A stretch of DNA of 64,000 nt, taken from positions 214,832,001 through 214,896,000 of the forward strand of contig NC_086097.1 of the NCBI RefSeq assembly GCF_963921235.1, written 5' to 3'. The stretch comes from Mobula hypostoma. Taxonomy: Eukaryota. The notes below the pieces were generated by a model. It was not told the origin of the DNA, ran no database searches, and saw only the letters and a list, made by a program, of their open reading frames with translations. The number at the start of each line of letters is the position of its first letter. The first letter of the stretch is position 1. Position numbers and translations under genes: made by a program. Of this stretch, positions 50,201 to 63,474 are shown one piece after another.

Positions 50201-53200
50201 AGATGAGAGCCCATGGAATTACAATAAAGATATTGGAATGGGTGGAGCATTGGCTGATAGGCAGAAAACAAAGGGTGGTAATAAAGGGATCCTATTCTGA
50301 TTGGTTGCCGGTTACTAGTGCTGTTCTGCAGGGGTCGGTGTTGGGGCCACTTCTTTTTACAACGTATATCGATGATTTAGATTATGGATTAAATAGTTTT
50401 GTGGTTAAGTTTGCGGATGACACCAAGATGGGTGGAGGAGCAGGAAGTTTTGAAGAAACGGAAAGGATGCAGAGAGACTTGGTCAGTTTAGGAGAGTGGG
50501 CAAAGCTTGAGAAATGTACGGTTGTATATTTTGGAAGAAGAAATAATCACGCAAATTATTATTTAGATGCGGAGAAAATTCAAAAATCGGAAGTGCAAAG
50601 GGACTTGGGGGCCCTCGTGCAGGATACCCTAAAGGTTAACCACCAGGTTGGATCTGCAGTAAGGAAAGCGAATGCACTGTTGGCATTCATTTCAAGAGGA
50701 ATAGTGTATAAGAGTAAGGAGGTGTTGATGAGGCTCTATGGGGCACTGGTGAGACCTCATTTGGAATACTGTGTGCAGTTTTGGGCCCCCTATCTTAGAA
50801 GGGATGGACTGATGTTGGAGAGAGTTCAGAGAAGATTTAAGGGGATGATTCCTGGAATGCAGGGACTAACAAATGAGGAGCGTTTGTCGGCTCTTGGACT
50901 GTATTCATTAGAGTACAGAAGAATGAGGGGGGCTCTCATAGAAACATTTTGAATGTTGAAAGGGTTGGACAGAGTAGATGTGGAAAGGCTGTTTTCCTTG
51001 GTGGGTGAGTCCAGGACAAGAGGCCACAATCTTAGGATTAGAGGGTACCCATTTAAAATAGAGATGAGGAGAGATTATTTTAGCCAGAGGGTCATGGATT
51101 TATGGAACTCATTGCCACATACGGCTGTGGAGGCCTGATCATTGAGGGTGTTTAAGGAGGAGATTGATAGGTATCTAATTAGTCAGGGTATCAAGGGATA
51201 TAGGGGAAAAGCCAGAAATTGGAACTAGATGGGAGAATACTTTAGCTCATGGTGGAGTGGCGGAGCAGACTCGATGGGCCAAATGGCTTACTTATAGACA
51301 ATGGGTGCAGGAGTAGGCTATTTGGCCCTGCGAGACAGCACTGCCATTCACTGTGAACATGGCTGATCATCCATAATCAGTATCCAGTTCCTGCCTTATC
51401 CCCATAACCTTTGATTCCACTATTCTTTAAGAGCTCTATCCATCTCTTGAAAGCATCCAGAGACTTGGCCTCCACAGCCTTCTGGGGCAGAGCATTCCAT
51501 ATATCCAGCACTCTCTGGGTGAAAGAGTTTTTCCTCAACTCCATTCTAAATGGCCTACCCCTTATTCTTAAACTGTGGCCTCTGGTTCTGGACTCACCCA
51601 TCAGCGGGAACATGCTTCCTGCCTCCAGCGTGTCCAATCCCTTAATAATCTTATATGTTTCAATAAGATCCCCTCTCAGCCTTCTAAATTCCAGAGTATA
51701 CAAGCCCAGTCACTCCAATCTTTCAACATACGACAGTCCCGCCATCCCGTGAATTAACCTTGTGAACCTACGCTGCACTCCCTCAATAGCAAGAATGTCC
51801 TTCCTCAAATTTGGAGACCAAAACTGCACACAATACTCCAGGTGTGGTCTCACCAGGGCCCTGTACAGCTGCAGAAGGACCTCTTTGTTCTTATACTTAA
51901 TTCCCCTTGTTATGAAGGCCAGCATGCCATTAGCTTTCTTCACTGCCTGCTGTACTTACATGCTTGCTTTCAGTGACTGATGTTCAAGAACACCTAGATC
52001 TCATTGTACTTCTCCTTTTCCTAACTTGACTCCATTTAGATAATAATCTACCTTCCTGTTCTTACCACCAAAGTGGATAACCTCACATTAATCCACATTA
52101 AACTGCACCTGCCCACTCACCCAGCCTGTCCAGGTCACCCTGCATTCTCTTAACATTCTCCTCACATTTCACACTGCCACCCAGCTTTGTCATCGGCAAA
52201 TTTGCTAATGTTACTTTTAATTCCCTCATCTAAATCATTAGCATATATTGTAAACAGCTGCGGTCCCAGCACTGATCCCTGCAGTACCCCAGTGGTCACC
52301 GCCTGCCATTCTGAAAGGGACCTGTTAATCGCTACTCTTTGTTTTCTGTCAACTAGCCAATTTTCAATCCATGTCAGTACTCTGCCCCCAATACCATGTG
52401 CCCTAATTTTGCCCACTAATCTCCTATGTGGGATTTTATCAAAGGCTTTCTGAAAGTCCAGGTACACTACATCCACTGGCTGTCCCTTATCCATTTTCAT
52501 AGTTACATCCTCAAAAAATTCCAGAAGATTAGTCAAGCATGATTTCCCCTTCGTAAATCCATGCTGACTCGGACTGATCCTGTTACTGCAATCCAGATCT
52601 GTCGTAATTTCATCTTTTATAATTGACTCCAGCATCTTTCCCACCACCGATGTCAAGCTAACCGGTCTATAATTCCCTGTTTTCTCTCTTCCTCCCTTCT
52701 TGAAGAGAGGGACAACATTAGCCACCCTCCAATCCACAGGAACTGACCCTGAATCTATAGAACATTGGAAAATGATTACCAATGCATCGACGATTTCTAA
52801 AGCCACTTCCTTTAAGTACACTGGGATGCAGACCATCAGGTCCCGGGAACTTATCAGCCTTCAGACCCAACAGTCTATCCAACACCATTTCCTGCCTAAT
52901 ATAAATTTCTTTCAGTTCATCCATTACCCTAGGTCCTTTGGCCACTATTATATCTGGGAAATTGTTTGTGTCTTCCCTGGTGAAGACAGATCCAAAGTAC
53001 CTGTTCAACTCATCTGCCATTTCCTTGTTCCCCATAATAAATTCACCCGTTTCTGTCTTCAAGGGCCAAATTTTGGTCTTAACTATTTTTTTCCTTTTCA
53101 CATACCTAAACAAGCTTTTACTATCCTCCTTTATATTCTTGGCTAGTTTACCTTCATACCTCATTTTTTCTCCACATATTGCCTTTTTAGTTACCTTCCG

Positions 53201-53702
53201 TTGCTCTTTAAAAGTTTCCCAATCTTCCAGCTTCCCACTCGTCATTGCTATGTTATACTTCTCTTTTATTTTTATACTGTCCATTATTTCCCTTGTCAGC
53301 CACAGCCTCCCCATATTCCCCTTAGGATCTTTCTTCCTCTTTGGAATGAACTGATCCTGCACCTTCCGCATTATTCCCAGAAACACTTGCCATTGCTGTT
53401 CCACTGTCATCCCTGCTAGGGTATTGTTCCATTGAACTTTGGCTCCTCCCTCATAGCACCATAGTTCCCTTTGTTCAACAGTAATACTGACACTTCCGAG
53501 TTTCCCTTCTCCCTCTCAAATTGTAGATTAAAACTTATCATATTGTGGTCACTACCTCCTAATGGCTCCTTTACCTCGAGGTCCCTGATCAAATCCGGTT
53601 CATTGCACAACACTAAGTCTAGAATTGTGTTCTCTCTGTACAAGCTGTTCTAAGAATCTATCTCGGGGGATACTTCTGCTCCTTTGTCTTGTGATCTTGT
53701 GA
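47283..53702 (+). mobile_element. Near-full-length decayed CR1 with a nested CR1
   Basis: ORF1 (CLEC...ICTRC, IGDSIVRG, VGTND) and ORF2 pieces at 48326-51138. The 3' UTR resumes at 53671 and ends tcttgtgatcttgtga. Confidence 0.92.
51294..53670 (-). mobile_element. 5'-truncated CR1 inserted in the 3' UTR of the CR1 above
   Basis: Minus ORF2 fragments; TSD TACTT at 51289-51293 and 53671-53675. Confidence 0.92.
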
Positions 53703-53974
53703 ATTTGCATTGTTTTCCAACATTAAGCCTTTGACAACTTCAGAAATCATGAATTACATTTGGAAAAGGTAACCATTGACACTGAGGCAGAATAAAAGGA
53801 GCAGTAGGTGCAGACTTGCATGGTGTGCTTTTGCATTCAGGAAGATTATCTCAAACTTCTGAAAAAATAATATACTCAGGTGATCCTGAGTTGTAGTCTA
53901 TGGGCAGCTTGCAATGTTAGCAAAGTCATAACTCTGCTCTTCCTCTGAGAATATGCAGCACGTAGTGCCATCCT

Positions 53975-54742
53975 TTCTTTCTTTCTTTTTAAATCTTTTT
54001 ATTGAATAAGTATACAAAAAGGTAAGCCATATAGGCACTAATACACTGTTAGAATATAATAAAATTACAGGAAATATTAATACAAAAAAAATTATACAAT
54101 GTAATTTAAACATAATGTACCAAGGTAACCTAATAGTATACTAATTTTTATATATATATCAATAGAGAAAAGGAAAAAAACCCTTCCAAAAAAAACCCAC
54201 CGTGCAACTAACTAAAAGCAAAGCAAAGCAATGGGCTAACTTGAAACCAAACAGAGTTAAAAAACTTAAAATCACGTCCTCAATCCCGACCTCCATTAAA
54301 AACAGTAAAAAAAACAAGAAGGGTATATATTACGTTAAGTGAAAATATTGAATAAAAGATCTCCAGGTCTGTTCAAATTTAAATGAGGAGTCATAAAGAT
54401 TGCTTCTAATTTTCTCCAAATTCAAGCATAATATCATCTGAGAAAACCAAAAAAAGGTAGTTGGAGCATTAAGCTCTTTCCAATGTTGTAAGATACATCT
54501 TTTCGCCATTAAAGTAAGAAATGCAATCATTCTACGGGCTGAAGGAGAAAGATTACTGGAAATTTTAGGTAGTCCAAAGATAGCAGTAATAGGGTGAGGA
54601 GAGATATCTATATTCAATACCTTGGAGATAATATTAAAAATGTCTCTCCAAAAAGTTTCCAGAGTAGGACAAGACCAAAACATATGAGTTAAAGAGGCTA
54701 TCTGCCCCGGACATCTATCACAAAAAAGATTAATATGAGAAT
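53975..54742 (-). mobile_element. 5'-truncated L1-clade LINE with 15-bp TSD
   Basis: CDRC...HMFWSCPTLETFW zinc-knuckle C-terminus; aataaa plus (GAAA)n tail; TSD acgtagtgccatcct at 53960-53974 and 54743-54757. Confidence 0.92.
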
Positions 54743-55263
54743 ACGTAGTGCCATCCTGCTATCACTAAGGTGCACACAATGAGATGTCAGCTATCCAAGC
54801 AGCCAGAGTGCCATGGCATAAAATACAAAGATAACAATGATTGATAGTGGTTTCCACTGGTAATGCATTTTGATCGGATCACCTTTATTGAACAAGATCA
54901 TCTGAACTGTTGGTCTTTATCATTTTGAGGTACAAGATATGCTCATTCATACCCATATTTGCAAGAACGTTGCTGATTGCTGAGATGAGGTCAGTTCATT
55001 CAGGATCATTTAATATTTCAATTGGTGTTGTGTGTATGGTTGCACCATATATTGTAGTTATCAATTAAAGCATCTGACAATCCATTCAGGGATTTGTAAT
55101 AAGATGTGTGAGTTGATGCACCATCATACTTATTATGTGTAAGTTGACTGCACCATGCAGTCAGATAACTTTTCTGATATGCTGGAAAGGTTAATGCTTT
55201 CCAGGTTTATATAGTTTAAAATGTCCAAAGGTGATATTACTGAAGGTTTTGCTTCTATTGCAG

Positions 55264-55277
55264 GTCGAAGTAAATGA
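55264..55277 (+). CDS. NKAIN3: Coding part of the terminal NKAIN3-like exon, followed by 3' UTR of undetermined length
   Basis: Acceptor ttttgcttctattgcAG, then GTCGAAGTAAATGA. Spliced to 6354 it gives EEEDS-CRSK*, comparable to the recalled mouse Nkain3 end EEEDT-CRNK*. Confidence 0.75.
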
Positions 55278-56839
55278 CCGATAACAGATGACCGTCGATG
55301 CAGAGGCCTCTGGCAATGATATATTTCAAACTACAGATCAGAGGAAAAGAAAAGGTTATATGTAATATCAGATGTGGGCAGGTACTCCCGCATCATTAAT
55401 TTCTGACCAAAACTCAATTCAAGGACTAATTTTAGACAAATCCAAGTAGAGAATGAAATACTTGGTTCTAGTTATGACTGTTTTTTTGTCCTTTGCTGTA
55501 CAATAATGGTATCTTGTATGGAGCGTCTAGTTAAAGTATGTACACTGTAGCAGACAGTGAATTTGGTAAAGTGATTTCTTTCAGGTAAAACCGCACTGTG
55601 CAAAAAGAAAGCATTGCTGGATTTGTGCTGAGAATGAATCAGTCCTTTGACAGTAGCAACAGTTTCTCTGTAGAATATTTAAATGATTCTGTTTTCAACT
55701 TGTATAAAACACTTTTTTATGAATTTATGAATTATTAATTCTTAACATATTTGTAAGATAATGTTAGCACCCCAGTATTTTGTAGTCTTGTGAATGTTGC
55801 ATTTTATGTGAAAGATATCTTTTAGGCTATTTATGCATTATAGAGTAGGCGATTAAAGGAATCCTTTCATTCTCATTATTGCTGCATTTCTCTCTGATGT
55901 AGTTGAGGATCTTGTAAGTCTTCTGCTGAGTGCAGCATGTGACATGGTTGTATTATCCTAACTGCCAGATCCAATTTACAACACTGATATTCTTAAAGGC
56001 ACTTGACAGTTTTAAAAATCCTGGTCTCAGAGCCTACTAAAAGTCACTTTCAAAGCCTTTAACTGGAACACATAATAATTAAATTAAAACACCACAGACT
56101 TCTAAATGTGGGAGACTAGGAATTCCATCATGCCTAAAGTGGAGCAAGTGGGTGGTTGGGGGTGGGTTACCTATGGACATCTGTTTATTCAGGATTGTAT
56201 TCGACTATCGTTGTCCAGAGTGGTCAAAAGCCCGATGAGGAGACTGGAAAAACCACACTGCTTCCTATGCTACCGATCAACAAACATTTCCCACCACATT
56301 TGGGGTGAACTTGCATGTCTCACATTGGGTCCTTCATCCGTCACAGATGTGGAGAAAAATCAAGTCATCCTTCAGCCCAGGAAGTTGCCTTAGAAGAAAC
56401 ATGGGTGTTAATCTATAGGCATTCAGCCATCTCTCTTACAAAATGATGTGTCTACTGAATCTATGAAAGTAAAAGAACCGTGTGTAATCAGTGCCACTAT
56501 AAAGGTACTCATAAACATTGTCTTAACAACCAATATCTAAGGGTGGTAAGTACAGCTAATGAATGGTAGATAATTCAGGTGCAATGCTCTTGCATCACTC
56601 CAAACTCCCTACAAAGGTCAATAGTGCTCCTCCATCTTCTCCTCTTCTTCCACTTTTGATGCAAAGGATAGCATAGAACAGTTAATGCATCACAAGGAAG
56701 ACACAAAGATTGCAAAAGGACAGTTAGGTGAAATGAGTGGGCCAGAAGTCACAAAATGGAGTTGAATATGAAAAATGCAAGACTGTGCTTGTTACATACA
56801 CCTGTTAGGGTGCATTCTCCAGTTACCTTATAAGGTAAC

Positions 56840-57285
56840 CATAGCCTTCAGCCAGGAGCAGATGTCATCAGGTGGTTCCCAACCTTCACCGACTGTTTTG
56901 TCCCTTAACCACGACACTCTCCAGTTGGTGGGCCGGCGGTGGTGGCCAAATCACTGCCCATCTGCTCCTGGCGTCCAGCTCCCCTCCTCTTGCCTACTCC
57001 AAATCCAACAAGAGGCTCATTCTGCCTCTTCCCCCATCCTACGAGCTGCTTGTTTTTTGCTCCTTTCGTCCAGGCCCAGATCTGACAACTGCCATGCTGA
57101 TTTGGCTGGGAAACCTCTGCAGCCGATCTCCACAGGGAACAACCATGCCCGCCATCCCTTGTCTTTATACTCCTGCAGTAAGGGCTGGTACTTCAAGGCC
57201 TTTCTCTCGTGGGCCTCTTCCCATCCCTCCTCCCACGGCACAGTCAACTCAACCAGAATTGTTTTCTTGTCTTCAGTGAAGAACA
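56840..57285 (-). mobile_element. Hero/R2-group non-LTR element 3' end (restriction-like endonuclease)
   Basis: ILVELTVPWEE..EEAHERKALKY..L...GW.AWLFPVEIGCRGF. Confidence 0.8.
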
Positions 57286-57488
57286 TTGTAAAAGAAATGT
57301 GAGATCAGAAGGGTTTTAGGCACAAAATTTCCATGTAGGTCACAAAACGATTAAGAATGATAGTGGAATATTGTCCTTGACAGAGGTTGAATGCTGTATA
57401 ACAGTTGAGAAATTTTGATGCAACTTTGTAGTAACTGGTGACTACTTCTGTCCTATATTTAAGGAATGACATGCTTGGTATGAAGTAG

Positions 57489-58484
57489 TCAACAATGGGT
57501 TTGTGTTGGCCTATACTTATTAGATCACAGAAGAATGAGGTAACCTGGGTGAAACAAAAGGTGGACTAGGTAGATGCTGATTGGTTATTTCTACCAGTGG
57601 ACATATACAGAACTAAGAAGTATACTCTTAGAATGAAGGAGTATTGCCCACTTCAAATAGAGATGTGAAGAAATTTCTTTTCTCAAGGTCATGAATATTT
57701 AAAAGTATCCAACACAGGGATTTGTGGGTGCTAGGTGTGTGAATAATTTGACAGACATTTAAGCTACAAAGGAGTTGGGAGTATGAGGACCGAGTGGGAA
57801 AGTCAGGCCGAGGTCAGAATTGGATTCACTATGACCTTATCGAATGGTGACGGTGGTTCGGTGAACTGAATAGCCTACACTTTCCAATGTTTTTATTTAG
57901 CATGTGGCCAAACAATAAGCTAGGTAAGAGATGTACTGCGTAACTCCTCAAATAATCAAGGCTGCATATTCATCAATAACCCAATTTCTGGAACCACTGC
58001 AATTTGCATTGTTTGCCAACATTATGCCTTTGACAACTTCAGAGATTATGAATTACATTTGGAAGCGGTAACCATTGACACCGAGGCAGAATAAAAGGAG
58101 CAGTAGGTGCAGACTTGCATGGTGTGCTGTGTGGTTACAAACAAACTTTGCATTCAGGAAGATTATCTCAAACTTCTGAAAAAAATAATATACTCAGGTG
58201 ATCCTGAGTTGTAGTCTATGGGCAGCTTGCAATGTTAGCAAAGTCATAACTCTGCTCTTCCTCTGAGAATATGCAGCACGTAGTGCCATCCTGCTATCAC
58301 GAAGGTGCACACAATGAGATGTCAGCTATCCAAGCAGCCAGAGCGCCATGCATAAAATACAAAGATAACAATGATTGATTGTGGTTTCCACTGGTAATAC
58401 ATTTTGATCAGATCGTCTTTACTGAGCAAAATCATCTGAACTGTTGGTCTTTTATTGTTTTGAGGTACAAGATATGCTCATTCA
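57489..58484 (+). repeat. Copy B (uninterrupted) of the ~1-kb duplication; its left part is an old CR1 3' remnant
   Basis: Contains the empty sites ggaaccactgcaatttgc and cacgtagtgccatcctgctatc. Confidence 0.92.
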
Positions 58485-59659
58485 ATACATTGTTGAAATA
58501 GCTGTCTACTCACTGAGCTATTTTTGCCTTCTCCTCTTCCCATCTTCGGGATTGCTCCTATCCTCCAACAGCTGGGCAACAATATTAACCATACTCAGAA
58601 TAAATTTCAAAATGGAGACCTCAGCCACCATCATAAAATTTGTTGCCAGAAGTCAAAAGCACCTAGAGAATAAAAATATACACAAAGAGGGAAAGCTGAC
58701 TAAAATCCTCAGCAAACCTATTTGTGGAGATATTTGAACCAGAGGTGTTTTGCTTTCAGCAATATCAAGGGCACATTTTTATAACAAAATATCTAAACAG
58801 AGACGGCCTCAAAATTCTGATCAAGCACATCTGTTGCCAAGTCCTTCTCAAATATCTTGTAAACACAACAATTTTCTGCTCCTCTGTCAGGATTGGAACA
58901 ACCTAAGCAAAGTTTAACTCTCAATTTCATAATGTTCTTCCTGTTTGATGCTGTTGAACTATTCTTACTAGACAAGGTTCCTGGGCAACACTCCTCACTG
59001 TGCACCATGCTCAAATAAATTCATTGCATTTTCCCTGTAGCCATCTGCAGCAAAGGCAAGTGGGGGAGGAACTAAAAATATGTTTAATAATTGACTGCAA
59101 TTATTTTGGGTTCAAAGGAAACTGCAAAGATCCTATTTATTTCAAATGTTGCTAATACATGTATGTTATTGGTGTTCTTTGGATACCGGACCTACTGCAT
59201 AGTACTGATGAACAAAGCACATTGTGCATAACATTTTTTTTGAGAAAAAAAACTTGTACATATATGCACAGTAAGTGTATTGAGGTGTTTGTTGATAGTA
59301 TTTTATGTAAACAATTTTTACTTATGTAGAAAGCCCATCACTTGGGTACCTTGTAAAAACTCATATGGATGGCAAATACTCGTCAGCTGAAAATGATTAA
59401 ACTATACATTGGATTACAACCAACTTGTAAGTATTCCTTTTTTTTGTATCTTGATTACTAAATTAATCTATGGGGAACCTTGTGCTCTTCGGCCAGATAG
59501 TTCCCTTTGCTCTGGTGCTCACACGAACCAAATGTACTCAAACTCAGTTTGTTGAGTACCGATTACAAAGATCACTTAAGCTGCTGTTTTCTTTCCAAAT
59601 TCACTCCAAGTTGCAGGCACAGATGATGCTGGCATAGCTAAATTTCAAGTCATTGTAGA

Positions 59660-59830
59660 GACACAAGACACTAGATGATGGAATCTGGATGAGAAGACAC
59701 GAGATACTATGGGAGCTCAGCAAGTCAGGCAGCATCTCTCAATGCAAGTATAGGTTTTTAACCCAAAACATCAACTGTCCATTTTCCTCCGTAGGTACTG
59801 CTCGACTCGCTGAGTTCCACCAGCACCTCA
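59660..59830. mobile_element. Decayed short inverted Penelope pLTR element
   Basis: gagctcagcaagtcaggcagcatct...cccaaaacatcaactg...ctgctcgactcgctgagttcc; same layout as 7478-7675. Confidence 0.5.
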
Positions 59831-60279
59831 AGGGTTGCTTCAAGTCATTGCTAATTCATCCACTGAAACACTGGGAGATATGAGCCTTTTATCAGCTGCC
59901 CTGCAAATACAGCACCAATCCCCTACAATAGCAAGTGCAACCTGGAAAATGTGGACTAATTTTCATATATTAGGAGCCACCTCTCAGCTAATAGAGACAG
60001 CAGTGCCTCCAGTGGCCTTCCTAGGAAATTAAAGTTTGAAAATTAGGACCTCAATCCAGCATAAAGCTTGTGGTGCACTGAATAGCATTGATCCCCTGGT
60101 TCCTGTTTGTTTCTCAAACACACATAATCTACAAAGACAATTGCAAAGCACTGGAGAGGAGTCAACATGCAGCAAACACAAAATCCACCAAATACATTCT
60201 TGGGACAATAAACCAATAAATACCAAAATCCCCCTATCAATGTTCTAATTACGTTTTTGTCAACTATTAAACAGCACAT

Positions 60280-62017
60280 CATAGAAACATCGAAACATAG
60301 AAAATAGGTGCAGGAGTAGGCCATTCGGCCCTTCGAGCCTGCACCGCCATTTATTATGATCATGGCTGATCATCCAACTCAGAACCCTGCACCAGCCTTC
60401 CCTCCATACACCCTGATCCCCGTAGCCACAAGGGCCATATCTAACTCCCTCTTAAATATAGCCAGTGAACTGGCCTCAACTGTTTCCTGTGGCAGAGAAT
60501 TCCACAGATTCACCACTCTCTGTGTGAAGAAGTTTTTCCTAATCTCGGTCCTAAAAGGCTTCCCCTTTATCCTCAAACTGTGACCCCTCATTCTGGACTT
60601 CCCCAACATCGGGAACAATCTTCCTGCATCTAGCCTGTCCAATCCCTTTAGGATTTTATACGTTTCAATTAGATCCCCCCTCAATCTTCTAAATTCCAAC
60701 GAGTACAAGCCCAGTTCATCCAGTCTTTCTTCATATGAAAGTCCTGCCATCCCAGGAATCAATCTGGTGAACCTTCTTTGTACTCCCTCTATGGCAAGGA
60801 TGTCTTTCCTCAGATTAGGGGACCAAAACTGCACACAATACTCCAGGTGTGGTCTCACCAAGGCCTTGTACAACTGCAGTAGTACCTCCCTGCTCCTGTA
60901 CTCAAATCCTTTCGCTATAAATGCCAGCATACCATTCGCCATTTTCAACGCCTGCTGTACCTGCATGCCCACTTTCAATGACTGGTGTATAATGACACCC
61001 AGGTCTCGTTGCACCTCCCCTTTTCCTAATCGGCCACCATTCAGATAATAATCTGTTTTCCTATTTTTGCCACCAAAGTGGATAACTTCACATTTATCCA
61101 CATTAAATTGCATCTGCCATGAATTTGCCCACTCACCCAACCTATCCAAGTCACCCTGCATCCTCTTAGCATCCTCCTCACAGCTAACACTGCCGCCCAG
61201 CTTCGTGTCATCCGCAAACTTGGAGATGCTGCATTTAATTCCCTCATCCAAGTCATTAATATATATTGTAAATAACTGGGGTCCCAGCACTGAGCCTTGT
61301 GGTACCCCACTGGTCACTGCCTGCCATTCTGAAAAGGTCCCATTTATTCCCACTCTTTGCTTCCTGTCTGCCAACCAATTCTCTATCCACATCAATACCT
61401 TACCCCCAATACCGTGTGCTTTAAGTTTGCACACTAATCTCCTGTGTGGGACCTTGTCAAAAGCCTTTTGAAAATCCAAATATACCACATCCACTGGTTC
61501 TCCCCTATCCACTCTACTAGTTACATCCTCAAAAAATTCTATGAGATTCGTCAGACATGATTTTCCTTTCACAAATCCATGCTGACTTTGTCCGATCATT
61601 TCACCGCTTTCCAAATGTGCTGTTATCGCATCTTTGATAACTGACTCCAGCAGTTTCCCCACCACCGACATTAGGCTAACCGGTCTATAATTCCCCGGTT
61701 TCTCTCTCCCTCCTTTTTTAAAAAGTGGGGTTACATTAGCCACCCTCCAATCCTCAGGAACTAGTCCAGAATCTAACGAGTTTGAAAAATTATTACTAAT
61801 ACATCCACTATTTCTTGAGCTACTTTCTTAAGCACTCTGGGATGCAGACCATCTGGCCCTGGGGATTTACCTGCCTTTAAACCCTTCAATTTATCTAACA
61901 CCACTTCCCTACTAACATGTATTTCGCTCAGTTCCTCCATCTCACTGGACCCTCTGTCCCCTACTATTTCTGGAAGATTATTTATGTCCTCCTTAGTGAA
62001 GACAGAGCCAAAGTAAT
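60280..62017 (-). mobile_element. Young 5'-truncated CR1 (sister subfamily)
   Basis: RT ORF 60379-61743 is uninterrupted; 1-nt deletion near 61781; tail catagaaacatcgaaacatag. Confidence 0.96.
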
Positions 62018-62771
62018 CATGTTATGTTATACCTGACACCAGATATCAGAAACAAGCACCAGAGTTCTGCTGCTGAAGGTCAGAGGAAATTATTCTGGAA
62101 GCCATCTTGGTAAGTGTAGTATTTCAGTGACTTGCAGGAATCCGTAGCTCACGATTTCTCAAAATTGGAGAACAGCATCTAAGCGCGTGTTAAAAACATT
62201 AAGATCAACACATTCTTTTTTAAAGTTATGCACACTGCATTACCAGAATGTAGACTGCGCAGTTCCACCCTGACTCAGACTCACCTTAAACAGTGCTAAG
62301 GAATTAAGCACATTGAGATGCTAAGTTTCTTCATGAGGAATCTGAATGGAGCACAGATCTGTAATAAAATGCTGCAAGCTTATTACAAGTGGGTTGGTCC
62401 ATAATAAGTTTCAAACAAATTTCAAAGTAACTAAAGCAGATTTGAAAATTCACTTTCGTAATCTACTACATTTTATACTTGAGTATTTTACATATGGTTA
62501 AGTTCACTACATGTCTGCACTACTTGGGAAATAAGAACAAAATACAATGTTTAATTTTGTTGAGCTTTATCACAGATCAAAAACACAAATTAAATTTCCA
62601 AAAGTTTTATTACACCTTGCATTACTGGAAAACAGGTTTGCAGTGTTGTGCAGTGCATAAAGAATCCTTTGATAGTCAGCAAATCATTATACTGAAGCAC
62701 AATACAATTGGCAAAGACATTTACTCATTTACTTCCTACAAAGACCAAAAACCAGAAACTTACATCTGGAG

Positions 62772-62898
62772 GGATGTATGGAGGGAAGGAAGGCTGGGGC
62801 GGGGTTCTGAGTTGGATGATCAGCCATAATCATAATAAATGGCGGTGCAGGCTCGAAGGGCCAAATGGCCTACTCCTGGACCTATTTTCTATGTTTCT
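62772..62898 (+). mobile_element. Very short 3' end of the young CR1 family
   Basis: ttctgagttggatgatcagccataatcataataaatggcggtgcagg...tattttctatgtttcta. Confidence 0.85.
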
Positions 62899-63474
62899 AA
62901 TACTGAAATAGAAGTTTATTTGTATCCTTTTAACTGTTAAAGCTTATAATAATACCATAAGATACAGAAGCAGAAGTAGGTCATTCGGCCCATCGAGTCT
63001 GCTCTGCCATTCAGTCATGGGCTGATCCAATTTGTCCAGTCGATATAAAAAAATTCTGTATGTCACCTTACCTGGTTAATGCTATTTCACGACAAAACAA
63101 TGCAGCACTTCCTGAACAAAATCTTTGGGAATTGGGCTGACAGTATTAAGAGTATGAGAGGTAACCAGGGAGGCAATTGTACAAGCTGTATGCTTTTGTT
63201 TCTCCTTTCCACACTTCTTTTACAAAACAATCTCTTGCCCTTCGATTACAATAAAAACAGAAATTCAAATTTACAAACGTAATTCAGTTAATTTTAGCCT
63301 TCATAGAAGCTTGGAAAATGTATTGATCGAATTAGTCATTTTGCAAGTGCACCCCACTAAAAATGTGGAAGGCAAAGTGCATTTTGCATTGAAATGGGAT
63401 TTGTGGTAAAGGTATGTTGGGGCTTATAATTAAGAAAATGAATTTTAGTGAATTGACATACATATAATTCACCT

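Larger units (their letters stand above)
46773..54949 (+). repeat. Copy A of a ~1-kb direct duplication, split into 46773-47282, 53702-53974 and 54743-54949
   Basis: The three pieces align colinearly with 57489-58484. Confidence 0.92.

Noticed and set aside
56860..56935. CTGATGA and AAAAC on the minus strand of the Hero 3' UTR suggesting a hammerhead
   Set aside because: No GAAA box and I could not build the three stems.
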